A stretch of 64,000 nt of DNA. Origin: Malacoraja senta. Its lineage: Eukaryota. Position numbers and translations under genes: made by a program. The notes beneath the pieces are model-generated. The model was given only the letters and a program-made list of their open reading frames with translations. It searched no databases and was not told where the DNA came from. The stretch spans positions 498,001-562,000 of the forward strand of contig CM076001.1 of the NCBI GenBank assembly GCA_038087875.1, in the 5' to 3' direction. Shown piece after piece: positions 50,371-62,700 of the stretch (position 1 is the stretch's first letter; the number at the start of each line of letters is the position of its first letter).

Positions 50371-53300
50371 ATAGAAACATAGAAACATAGAAAGTAGGTG
50401 CGAGAGTAGACCACCAGGCCCATCGAGCCCGCACCGCCATTCGCTCATGGCTGAACACTAAACAGACACCCTTACCCACAAACAGTAGACACAAGACACA
50501 GAACACAAGACACTACCCTCCCCTTTATATCGCTATCACCCCTCTCCACCCCAAGAACCGCGTGATCTCCTGGGGGAGGCAAAAAAACGGATAAAAACCC
50601 AGGTCCAATTCGGGAAAAAAATCCGGGAAATTCCTCTCCGACCCCAATCCAGGCGATCGACACTTGTCCAGGAGATCACTCAGGTCTTACTATACTAACC
50701 ATACCTAGGTCCATATCCCTGCCCTCTCCCCGTAGCCCCTTATCCCCTTGGCAGCTAAAAAAACATCTATTTTAGACTTAAATATATTTAATGTTTCTGC
50801 TTCCACTGCTCCCTGGGGCAGTGAATTCCATAAATTAACCACCCTCTGGGTGAAGAAGTTCTTCCTCATCTCAGTTTTAAAAGAGCCCCCTCTTATTCTA
50901 CAACTATGTCCCCTAGTTCTAGTTTCCCCGATCATTGGGAACATCCTCGGTGCATCCACCCGATCAAGGCCCCTCACGATCTTATATGTTTCAATGAGAT
51001 CGCCTCTCATTCTTCTAAACTCCAAAGAGTAGAGTTCCAGCCTACTTAACCTTTCCTCATATGTCAATCCCCTCATTGCAGGAATTAATCTTGTAAACCT
51101 TCGCTGCACTGCCTCCAGGGCCAGTACATCCTTTCTTAAGTATGGACCCCAGAACTGTACACAGTATTCCAAATGTGGTCTCACTAATACTGTGTACAGC
51201 TGCAGCAAGACCTCCGTGTTTTTATACTCAATCCCCCTAGCAATAAAGGCCAAAACTCCATTGGCCTTCCTGATTGCTTGCTGCACCTGCATACTAACTT
51301 TTAGTGATTCATGTACTACTACCCCTAGATCCCTTTGCGTTGCATTACAACGCAGCTCCACCTCATTTAGAAAATAACTATCATTTTTTTTCCCAAAGTG
51401 AATGACTTCACATTTATTAGTATTAAATTTCATCTGCCAAGTTGTTGCCCACTCACCTAGCTTATCTATATCCTTTTGCAGACTCTTCCTATCCTCCTCA
51501 TCCCCTACTTTTCCTCCCATTTTTGTATCGTCCGCAAATTTTGATATATTACACTTGGTTCCCTCCTCCAAATCATTTATATAAATTGTGAACAACTGGG
51601 GTCCCAGCACCGACCCTTGCGGAGCCCCGCTAGTTACCGGTTGCCATCCCGAGTATGAACCATTTATCCCCACTCTCTGCTTCCTATTTGTTAGCCAATC
51701 CTCTACCCATGCTAATATATTACCCCCAATCCCATAATTTTTTTATTTTTAGCAATAGTCTCTTATGTGGCACCTTGTCAAAAGCCTTTTGGAAGTCCAA
51801 GTATACCACATCCACCGGTTCCCCTTTATCCACCCGGGTTGTTACTTCCTCAAAGAATTCGAGCAGATTCGTTAAACAGGACTTCCCCTTCACAAAACCA
51901 TGCTGGTTCTGTCCGATGAAGTCATGTTTATCCAAGTGCCCCGTTAGTGTTTCTTTAATAATTGTCTCTAACATTTTACCCACCACCGATGTTAGACTAA
52001 CCGGTCTATAGTTACCCACCTTCTGTTTACTTCCTTTTTTAAATATAGGTGTTACATTGGCCATTTTCCAATCCACTGGGACCGTTCCTGCCTCCAGGGA
52101 GTTTTGGAAAATTATCACCAATGCATCCACAATCCCCACCGCTATCTCCCTCAAGACCCTTGGATGTAATCCATCAGGCCCAGGGGATTTATCCTCCTTC
52201 AGTCTCATTAATTTCCCTAATACCACCTCCTTGGTGATCTTAATAGTATTTAGCTCCTCCATTCCTACCGCCCCCTGTTTATCCAGCGTTGGAATATTTT
52301 TTGTGTCTTCTATGGTGAAGACTGATACAAAATACTCGTTTAATGCCTTTGCCATTTCCATGTTCCCCACCAACAACTCTCCAGTCTCACCCTCCAATGG
52401 ACCAACGTTCACCTTAGCCACCCTTTTTCTTTTTATATAGCTATAAAAACTCTTACTATTAGTTTTTATGTTGTTCGCTAAATTCCTTTCATAGACTATT
52501 TTCCCCGTCTTAATTAATCTCTTAGTTATTTTTTGCTGACCTTTAAATGCTTCCCAATCCTCTACCCTCCCACTATCTCTAGCTACCTTATATGCCCTTG
52601 CCTTCAACCGAATACTATCCTTTATAGTTTTACTGAGCCATGGCTGACTGTTCTTTCCCTTACCCCTTTTTTTCTTCATAGGAATAAATTTTTCTTGAAG
52701 GTTATACAGTAGATCCTTAAACGTACACCACTGCTCATGTACCGTCTTATTCTTGAGTCTGCTATCCCAGTCAACTTTGATCAGCTCAGTTCTCATACCT
52801 TCATAATCCCCTTTATTTAGACTAAGTACCCTAGCCTGAGTTTCAACCTGCTCCCCTTCTATTTGAATATGGAATTCGACCATATTGTGGTCACTTGTTC
52901 CCAACGAGTCCCTAACTATGACATTTTTAATTAATCCTGCTTCATTACACAGGACCAGATCCAAGATTGCCTCCCTCCTTGTCGGTTCTGTGACATACTG
53001 TTCTAGGAACCCGTCTCTAATACATTCTATAAACTCTTCCTCTAGTCTACCCTGCCCAGTTTGGTTTGCCCAATTAATATGAAAATTGAAGTCCCCCATG
53101 ATTACAGCAGTTCCCTTTTTACATGCGTCAACTATTTGCAGATTTATGTTCTGACTAACAGCGTCACAGCTATTTGGAGGTCTATAAATTACACCCACTA
53201 GTGTTTTTTTCCCCTTGTTATTCTCTATCTGTACCCAAGCTGTTTCACTATCCTGATCCTTCAACGCAATATCCTTCCTCTCTATTGCCGTTATTCCCTC

Positions 53301-54183
53301 CCTTATTAAAAGGGCCACCCCTCCTCCCTTTCTTTCCTGTCTATCTTTTCTAATTGTCGAGTACCCCTCTATATTTAACTCCCAATCCTGATCCCCTTGC
53401 AGCCATGTCTCCGTAATGGCCACGATATCATAACTATATGTACTTAATTGCACCGTTAATTCATTTATCTTATTTCGAATACTCCGTGCATTTAGATACA
53501 GCACTTTCAGATGATTTTTACTACCCTTCCTTTCTGTTTTTGCCCCTTTTACATCTAGAGCTTTATCTTCACACATTCTGGATCCTCCTGTCACATTTTG
53601 ATTTTCCGTTTCCCCACTGATACCCTGCTCTATTTCCTCTACCCCTGCCGTTATTACCCCCCTTGATACCTCCCCCCCGCTACTTAGTTTAAAGACCTCT
53701 CTACTGCCCTAGTTATATGATTTGCCAGGACCCCAGTCCCAGCACCGTTCAGGTGAAGTCCGTCCTTACAGAACAGATCCCCCCTGTCCCAGTACTGGTG
53801 CCAGTGGCCCAAGAAACCAAACCCATTTTTCCCACACCAGTCTTTGAGCCACGCATTCAGCTTTTTAATTTTTCGTACCCTCGCCGATTTGGCCCGTGGC
53901 TCAGGTAGCAATCCGGAGATCAGTACCCTCGAGGTTCTGCTTTTTAATTTATTCCCTAACTGCTCAAACTCGTTCAGCAGATCCTCCTTCCTCGTCCTTC
54001 CTATGTCATTGGTCCCCACATGGACCACGACCACTGGATCCTCCCCCTCACTCTGCAAATTTCTCTCCAGCATCGCAGAGATATCCTTAACCCTAGCACC
54101 GGGTAGGCAACACAGCCTTCGGGACATGTTCTGCTGGCCGCAGAGAACCTTATCTACCCCCCGAATAATACTATCCCCTATCA
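50371..54183 (-). mobile_element. Young CR1 LINE, 5'-truncated within ORF1, inserted into a Penelope terminal repeat
   Basis: ORF1 part, ORF2, 3'UTR and (TTTCTATG)n tail; CCATTC at 50365-50370 and 54184-54189. Confidence 0.97.
50705..53594 (-). pseudogene. CR1 ORF2 (APE endonuclease plus reverse transcriptase) with one frameshift near 51740
   Basis: YLNARSI, ITETWL, MGDFN, LDLVL, SDHN, KSPGPDGLHP, NYRPVSLTS, YLDFQKAFDKVPH, then PQGSVLGP and FADD in the shifted frame. Confidence 0.95.
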
Positions 54184-54187
54184 CCAT
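53684..54187 (-). CDS. CR1 ORF1 C-terminal SGNH/GDSL esterase-like domain (partial)
   Basis: VIGDS, PGA, HVGTND and DGLHL blocks. Confidence 0.9.
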   Translation of the reverse strand: MVIGDSIIRGVDKVLCGQQNMSRRLCCLPGARVKDISAMLERNLQSEGEDPVVVVHVGTNDIGRTRKEDLLNEFEQLGNKLKSRTSRVLISGLLPEPRAKSARVRKIKKLNAWLKDWCGKNGFGFLGHWHQYWDRGDLFCKDGLHLNGAGTGVLANHITRAVERSLN

Positions 54188-55164
54188 TCCTTCTCTCCAG
54201 AGATGCTGCCTGTCCCACTAAGTTACTCCAGCATTTTGTGTCTATCTTCGGTGTAAGCCAGCATCTGCAGTTCATTCCTGCACAAATATATGTACCAAAC
54301 TCCATCCTTACCAATAGACCTGCTGCTGATGCACCTGGCTACAATAGCATAAACAGAATTTCTTGTGGAGACCAAGTCCCACCTTCCTACAAAGGGCCCA
54401 TTGTGGGACATTGCAAAAGTGCAAAACAGAATGGATGCAAAACCGATTGAGGAGCTTCAAATAACCATAGCACACTGCGGGCCATGAAACGCCCGCAGAG
54501 GAGATGTACACTACCACTACCTGCAAACTCACGGCCAGGAATATCACTCACTCTACCATTATTATCAAGCCAGGTGAACAATCTTGGTTCAGTGAAGAAT
54601 GAGACAGGGATTTACAGCAACAGCACCAGATATGTTTGAAAATAACAAGGTACCAACCAAATGAATGGGAGGACCACATGCATGCAAACAACAACATCAA
54701 TATGCAATTGATAGAGATAAGTGATCTGCCATTCAGATCAAAGGTAGCAGTTCTGTCGTATCATCAGGAGTGATGGTGAACAATCAACCCTGTTCATGAA
54801 GGAATGCTTTTTCACACAACAGGTGGTGGGTGTATAGAACAAGCTGCCCGAGGAGGTAGTTGAGGCAGGGACCATCCCAACATTAAGAAGCAGTTAGACA
54901 GGTGCATGGATAGGACAGGATCCTGACTACAGGTGTTGTCCGTATGGATTTTGTACATTCTTCCCGTGAACTGCGAGGGTTTTCTTTGGGAGCTCCCGTT
55001 TCCTCCCACACTCCAAAGATGTACGTACAGGTTTGTAGGCTAATTGGCTTGGTATAAATGTAAATTGTCCGTAGTGTGAGTAGGATAGTGTTTGTGTTCG
55101 GGAATCGTTGTGCCCCAGATATGCCTGCTTTCTTGTTAATTACATCGAACAGTCCTTGATTCAA

Positions 55165-56715
55165 ATGTAACTGGCTCCATCCCCCAACCCTCTCTCTGCT
55201 TCATCAACGACTGCATTGGGGCTACCTCCTGCACCCATACAGAACTCATTGATTTCATCATCTTTACCATTAACCTCCACCATTCCCTCAAATTCACTTG
55301 GGCTATCTCTCACACCTCTCTTCCCTTTCTCGCTCTCTTGGTCTCCATCACAAAGGACAGAGTATCAACTGACATATATACTCTAAACCCCTTGACTCTC
55401 ACGATTATCTTGACTTCATCTCCTCCCACCCTGCTTCTTGCAAATATGTCATCCCCTCTTATCAATTTCTCCATCTCCACCGCATCTTCTCCCAAGATGA
55501 GTCTTTGTAATCGAGGACACCTGAGATGTCCTCTTTCTTGGTTTCCCCCTGTGGTCATGGATGGATCCCTCACCTGCATCACCTCTGAGTCCCACTATTC
55601 TGCTCTCACTCCTCTTCAACCCCCCCCCCCCCCCCGCCCCCCCAGTGGAACGAGGATGGAGTTCCCCTGTTCCTTACCTTCCACCCACCAGCCTCCAAAT
55701 TCAACATGTCATTCTCTGACATTTCCACCAACTGTAACATAATCCCACCATTGGTCACATCTTCTCATCCCCCACTGTTTTCCGCTTACCGTAGAGACCA
55801 CTGCCGCCTCGCCTCCTTGTTTCACTTATCCTTTCCCACCCAAATTCCCCCCTCCCCAGGTACTTTCTCCTGCAACCTGTCGCTACACCTCCTCCCTCAC
55901 ACATACCCAACATCTCCAGTAACCCTTCCAGGTGAGACAGATGTTCACATGCATCTCTTCTAACCTCATCTACCCCAGTCGGTGTTCTCGACGTGGCCTC
56001 CTGTACCTCAGGGAGGTCAAGAGCAGACCATGCGGCTGGTTCACCGAACAGTTATGCTCCATCTGCAAATGCCTGCTAGATCTCCCGGTTGCTAACAATT
56101 TTAACTCCCCAGACCATTTCCCTACCAACCGTACTGTCCCGGGCCTCCTTCATTGCTAGAGTGAGGCCATACACACACTAAAGGAACCGTGGGCAGCTTA
56201 CAACTCAACGTTATGAACATTGAATTCTCCAATTTTAAGCAACAATCTGCTTCCCCATGTTTGTCTCTTCATTTCCCTATGCCCTCGTTTCCCTGTGCCC
56301 TCCACGCTGATTTCTCCCACTATTGCACCCTTCCACCCTATCCCCCTCCATCCCTTTCACCTGTATTCCTCCCCTGCTTTACACTTCTGTCCTCTTCAGC
56401 CCTTACCTGACACTCTTTTGTCTCCTTCTCTCCTGCTGTCCCCTTTTATGACCCTTTTGTCTCTGTTACATTTGTAGCCTATCTCCAGTCATCTGGCAAT
56501 CAACCCCCTCCCCACTCACCTATATCCACTTACCAGGTTTTGTCCTGCCCCCACATCCTTTCCAGCTTTCTCTACCCCACTACAATTAGGCTGAAGAAAG
56601 GTGCCTAACCAAAACATCGCCTATCCATGTCCTCCTGAGATGCTGCCTGACTCGCTTAGTGACTCTAGCACTTTGTGTTGTACACATGAGTCTAGCACCT
56701 GCAGTTCCATGTCTG
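55165..56715 (+). mobile_element. Penelope-like element (decayed RT C-terminus, GIY-YIG, terminal repeat)
   Basis: LKFTW, VSTDIY, FTCISSNLIY..RCSR.GLLY, PVANNFNS; degenerate hammerhead-like core at about 56591-56618. Confidence 0.85.
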
Positions 56716-57537
56716 CCAAGTGACCGGTGTTTCTTGGCTTCCTCCAGTGGTCTCCACCATCAATGAAGTCGGTCTCCAGCCAATGACATCAAGAAAATGT
56801 TGAAAGCACAATATAGATAAAGTGGCCATGGAACCAGTCAACATCATAGCTGTTGTACCTTGACCTGCACGCCAGAACTAGATGTGCCGCCCGTCAAACT
56901 GGTCCAAGAAATGACAACAACGGCATCTACTCACAATGAGAAATTGTTCAGGTCCGTACAGTTCTCACAAAAAAAATCCATGCTGGCTGATTGCCCAATC
57001 ATTCTCAATCATCGACAATCTGGTGGAAGCTGTTGTCAAATGTTGTACCATGCAGAACTCACTGATTACCTGCATCACTAATAGCCAGCATCATCAGTGC
57101 CATTGGGAAGAAGATATAGGAGCATGAAAACTGTAATGTCCAGGTTCAGTAACAGCTTCTTCACTACAGCCAATTGGCTATTAAACATCTATATAATCAA
57201 AAGTCTCATCTTGACCACTTCCTGTCTGCGCTGTATATTGATTTTAGAAAAAACGCTACCATATATGGCTGTGATTTTTGGCCATCTTACTCACAGTCCT
57301 CCTCCACTGCGCAGGCCTCGAGGATTTTTCCGATCGATGAAAAATAAAAGAGTTATGAATGTTTATAAACCTTGAGATCCTCTCTCCATCAATCACTGCA
57401 ATGAAGGTAACGCACCTTACAGGGGTGGGGGGGCAGGACTATAACACCCCAGATGCCTGGACATGACTCAGTCTCTCTGCAAGATCGCGAGGGAGAGGCC
57501 ACGACTCTCATTCTGCCCTGAATCAACTGAAATGTAA

Positions 57538-57917
57538 AGCCCCGTCCCACTTAGGAGACCTAAACAGCAACCTCTGGTGACCTTGCCCGCCACCCAAAAA
57601 AAATCAAGGTCGAGGTGACCTGCAACCTCCTACCACCTCCCACACATATATTGAAATCCTTCCGCGACTATGAAGAAAACCAGCTTCCACACGACAAAAA
57701 ATTATCGATTTTTAAAACGGCAACCTATTTTTAGTCGAGGCCGGTTTTAATCATGATGAAAAAATAACAGCAACCTAGATGAAGCCTCGACCACGCGGAA
57801 ACCACTTTCGACATTTAGGGAGTGTGACCAAAACCTCCGGTGACCTCATGGAAACCTTGGGTGGCGGGCAAGGTCACCAGAGGTTGCTGTTTAAGTCTCC
57901 TAAGTGGGACAAGGGCT
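57538..57917. mobile_element. PIF/Harbinger-type MITE inside Helitron E
   Basis: TIRs of about 60 bp (GTCCCACTTAGGAGAC...GCCCGCCACCCAA); TAA at 57535-57537 and 57918-57920. Confidence 0.88.
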
Positions 57918-57959
57918 TAAGTCTGCAATGTACTTGAATAAATGATTTGTTAGCCCTTA

Positions 57960-58360
57960 ATGAAAATGAAATGAGTTGTTTGGCCTGCCCTGTGCTTTAA
58001 AACTGCAATGGTAATGGAAATGAAATGAAAATGCAATGAGCTGTTTGGTCTGCCCTGTGCTTTGAAACTGCAATGGCAATGGAAATGAAATGAAAATGCA
58101 ATGAGCAGTTTGGCCTGCCCTGTGCTTTGAGACTGCAATGGCAATGGAAATGAAATGAAAATGCAATGAGCTGTTTGGTCTACCATGTGCTTTGAAACTG
58201 CAATGGCAATGGAAATGAAATGAAAATGCAATCAGCTGTTTGGCCTGCCCTGTGCTTTGAAACAGCAATGGCAATGGAAATGAAATGAAAATGCAATGAG
58301 CTGTTTGGCCTGCCCTGTGCTAGAAATTGCAATGGAAATGAAATGAAATGAGTTGTTTGG
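57960..58360. repeat. 65-bp tandem array in Helitron E
   Basis: TGCCCTGTGCTTT recurs at 57986, 58051, 58116 and onward. Confidence 0.9.
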
Positions 58361-58812
58361 ACTGTCTGAAACCACCAATTTCGGCCCACAGGGCCCCTAT
58401 TAGCAGATAAACCAGTTCCTTTTGCCCAAAATGCTCGTATTAGCCCAGGATGAGCATTTTGGCCCAAAAGGCCCGTGCCAGGCCAAGGAAAGTCCAGAAA
58501 AAGTGCCTTCCACTGTGATGTCACTCACATTTTTTTTTAAAGAGCACCTTTGGCCCATCATTCCTGTACTAGCCCAGGAGGAGTCCCTTCGGTCCATCAG
58601 TAAGTATTCCCCCTGCAAGTATTACACCTCACCCCAGTATTTTTCTCCCTCCCTTCATTGGCTCCCTGTGAGATCCAGGCTAGGATAGACTTTCCTCCTT
58701 CATTGCTGTGATCTGCAGAAAAAGATGAAAAATGTCTAAAATTGATTCTCCACCCTCTCCCCCTTCTATCTCAGAGTCTCTCACCTGTTTTGGGCAGAAT
58801 TTCTGGCAGTTT

Positions 58813-58943
58813 CTGAGCTGCCAACCCACCAGGCCTGAGTGACTGAGCTGCCAGCCCACCAGGCCTGAGTGACTGAGCTGCCAGCCCACCAGGCCTGAGT
58901 GACTGAGCTGCCAGCCCACCAGGCCTGAGTGACTGAGCTGCCA
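58813..58943. repeat. 30-bp tandem array in Helitron E
   Basis: CTGAGCTGCCAGCCCACCAGGCCTGAGTGA repeated about 4 times. Confidence 0.9.
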
Positions 58944-59249
58944 GTCCAATAATCCATTCGACCCACAATGTCCAGAGTAGCCCTCTGGAAACCAGTCCCT
59001 TCAGCCCACATTACCCATACTAGTGCTCCAGACAGCCCCCACCTCCCCCCCCCCCAATGGCCACCAATATTGGAATTGGTGGAGAGGTGGAATATTGCAT
59101 TGGGGGACCAACGGGTCCCACTTAGTCTAGTAACTACATAGAATTGGAGGCATTGCTTTTGCCTTTACCTTTTTGCACTATTATTTTTTGTTTGTTTTGT
59201 GTGTGTGTGTGAACACACACACATATATATATATATATATACATATATA

Positions 59250-59706
59250 CAGTGCCCTCTATTATGTTTGGGACAAAGACCCAACATTTATTTATTTGCC
59301 TCTGTACTCCACAATTTGAAATTTGTAATAGAAAAAATCACATGTGGTTAAAGTGCACATTGTCAGATTTTATTAAAGGGTATTTTCATACATTTTGGTT
59401 TCACCATGTAGAAATTACAGCTGTGTTTATACATAGTCCCCCCCCCCCCATTTCAGGGCACCATAGTGTTTGGGACATAGCAATATCATGTAAAAGAAAG
59501 TAGTCATGTTTAGGTTTTTTTTGCATATCCTTTGCATACAATGACTGCTTGAATCCTGCGAATCATGGACATCACCAGTTGCTGGGTGTCTTCTCTGGTG
59601 ATGCTCTGTCAGACCTGTATTGCAGTCATCTTTAGCTTATGCTTGTTTTGGGGGCTAGTCCCCGTCAGTTTTCCCTTCAGCATATAAAAGGCATACTCAA
59701 TTGGAT
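59250..59706. mobile_element. Tc1-like element end (IR/DR type), interrupted by DIRS
   Basis: TA|CAGTGCCCTCTATTATGTTTGGGACA after a (TA)n tract; inner direct repeat CAGGGCACCATAGTGTTTGGGACA about 200 bp in. Confidence 0.75.
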
Positions 59707-62700
59707 TTTACTTCGGAGTCACGTGAGTGACTACGTGAAGAACCCCGCCAGTGCGCCTGCGCGTGATTACGTCAGACGCCTTGACGCAAACGGACGTGAG
59801 GAGCAGAGCTCCTCCAGTGGATTTGTAGTTTTTCAACTACAAGGTAAGTAGAAACTTTTTTCAGGTTTTCCAGGTCCGTTTACTGTGGGTCTATGGGGAT
59901 TTTTTCCAAAGACGCCATGGAAAAAAAGGACAGGGGGAAGAGGCGAGCGACACAGCCGACAGAAGTCGGGAAAGTCGGGAGTCTGCGGTTAGAGACCAAC
60001 CGCCTCTAAACCCCGGTACAGTCGCCAGCGGTGAGCATAGCGACTGTGGACCTGGGGCTGGTGAAAACACAGTCAGCGCCTGTCGGGCAAAAGACAAAGT
60101 TTAAATCCCAACGGCCCACGGAGGGAGTCCCAGGCAATGGAAGTAGCTCCAGGGCTAGACACTGCTTTCGAGCGTATTGCCCAAATAGAAAGCCTTTTAC
60201 ATAGGCTGTTGGAGCAAAGTTCACTCAGGGAGGAGTGTACTGAAAGCCAAGCTGCTGGAAGCAGTTCAAACAGCTCCTGGTACAGGGCTAGATACTGCTT
60301 TCGAGCGTATTGCCCAAATAGAAAGCCTTTTCCATAGGCTGTTGGAGCAAAGTTCACTCAGGAAGGAGTGTACTGTAATCCAAGCTGCAGGAAGCAGCTT
60401 AACAGCACCTGGCTCAGGGCTGATGGAATGCACCCTCAGGAATGAGGAGCGTGCTACGGGTCATGAGATTTCAGACCCCAACTCTGACGGTGAGGCTGTA
60501 CAAGGCAATGAACGGCAGCTGCCAGATGTTCCACCCCTGGCAGTAGGTTTCGCTGCCCCGTCAGGGTCAGGAGAGCCATTAGGAGAAGAACTGGCCTCCT
60601 TAATAAATTACTTGGTTTACCATCAGCTGGAAAAGCAGGAGATGGATGAGACTGCAAGAAAGCAGGAGACCCCAAGTAACTGTGGGTTGCTGAAAGCAGC
60701 AGCAGTGAACCAAATTATCTGGAATCAGTTGCAGAGAATATTAAAGCTGCTGGGTTCTGGAATAACTGCTTTTACCAGAATAGCAGGTAACAGCCAAGAG
60801 ATGACGAAGTTGCATCAGGAAGCACTGGGGTTGCTATGCAGCACCCACTTCGAGATCAATTATCTGAGGAAAGTGCTATACGGCCAACAATGAATCCGAA
60901 ATTCGCAGCACTCTGCAAACCAAGTAATATACAATTACCCAACTTACTCTTTGGAGAGGATCTCGGGAGACGTATTAAAGAGTTGGAAGATGAAGCGAAA
61001 ACTGGATTGATAAAAACATCAATGGTTGCAAAGTCTGTAAAGAGGAGGTATCCTTTCAGACGTCATACGGATCCTAGACCAGGACCAAGTCGCTCATTAA
61101 CGCAGGGACGTAGCTGGCGGCCTGCAGCGGGAGTAAGGACCAGTGGTGGTGCTTCCGGGAGAATCCAGGGATCTCAGAATACTCAAATGACTCAAGAGGT
61201 AGGTGGACCTGGTTCTCAGGGGAACACACTAACTGGATTAAGTCCAAAAGTTGGAGGCAGATTACGTCTCTTCTATAAACATTGGAAGAAGATTACTTCA
61301 GGTGTGGTAATTCTGAATAATATACAAGGATTTCGAATTGAATTCAATCCAAATTATGATTTGCCTGTACAGCATGTTCCTAGCAGAACTCTCCACTTTG
61401 CGAAGTAATGGAGGTTCAAGTTGCGCTTCAAAACCCTTTATATAAAAGGTGTTATTGAAGAATCAGTCTACCAAATTCACCAATTTGGGTCAAATATATT
61501 CCCTCGATCAAAAAAGGATGGAGGATGTAGGATTATTATAGACTTGACAAGTCTGAATCCTTTTGTTCAGTGTCTGTTCACTTGCAAGATATGAAGTATC
61601 TTAAATTTACATGGATGAACCAATTAGGGCAGTTCAAAGCTCTGCCTAATGGGTTAACGTTCCCTCCCAGAATATTCATAAAATTGTTAAAATCAATTCT
61701 GGGGTTGCTGAGAGCCAGGGGCATGTACTAATGGCATACCTGGATGATGTCCTGATTATAGGAAGGAGAAAACGGTCAACAGAAGCATCGGTTGCAGTTA
61801 ATAAAATCAAACTTTTGAAAGTTTGGGAGTTTCTAAATTCATCCAAAGAAATCAAGGTTAAAAACAGGTACCTCGATTGATTATTTGGGGTTCACAATTG
61901 ATTTAGCCCAAATGCAAATTACTTTGCCCAGTGAAAAAAGGGTGGAGTTGATTAAAGATTGCAGTAATCTGTTAAACGAGCAAAAACCTCTAATCAGACA
62001 GGTGGCTCGAGTACTGGGAAAAATTAGTAGATTCCCAGCAGTCCAGTATGGACCATTATATTATCAACAGCTGCAGAGAATCGAAGAACAGGCACTGAGA
62101 GTAAATGCTGGTCATTTTGATAGAACCATGCAAGTAACAACAAATGCTGTTTATAATCTGCAGTGGTGGATTCTACATGTCTCAAGCAGTTCAGGCAAAG
62201 TGCTGATTGAACAACCTTCCATGATATTACAAACTGATGCCAGTGCACTAGGATGGGGTGCAACTGACTTAACATCGAGCTGCGGAGGCAGATGGAATCA
62301 GGAAAAGTTAGTGTTACTGCAGACATGGGGAATTACCTATTTGGAGCTTTTAGGAGGTTTCTATGGACTCTAAGCTTATGGTTCTAACACAACTAAAAGG
62401 AAGGTTCAAGTTCAAATTAATAAACACAACAGTAGTTGCCTATATTAATGATATGGGTGGAATTAAGTCGGTGTCATGTGACAAAATGGTTAAATCAACT
62501 TTGGTCTTGGTGTATTGAAAAGAACATTTGGATTTCAGCTATCTATCTACCAGGTAGAATGAATACGATAGCAGACACCAGGTCACGAAAAGTTCCATGA
62601 TAATAAAGAATGGATGTTGAATCAAGAGGTATTCAATGATATAGTAATCAGATTTGGAATGACCGACATCGACTTGAATCATCAGCTACCGAGATATGTC

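Larger units (their letters stand above)
57188..59130 (+). mobile_element. Non-autonomous Helitron E (both ends present)
   Basis: A|TCTATATAATCAAAAGTCTCATCTTGACC ... GGGACCAACGGGTCCCACTTAGTCTAG|T, inside a Rex1 3' remnant. Confidence 0.88.
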
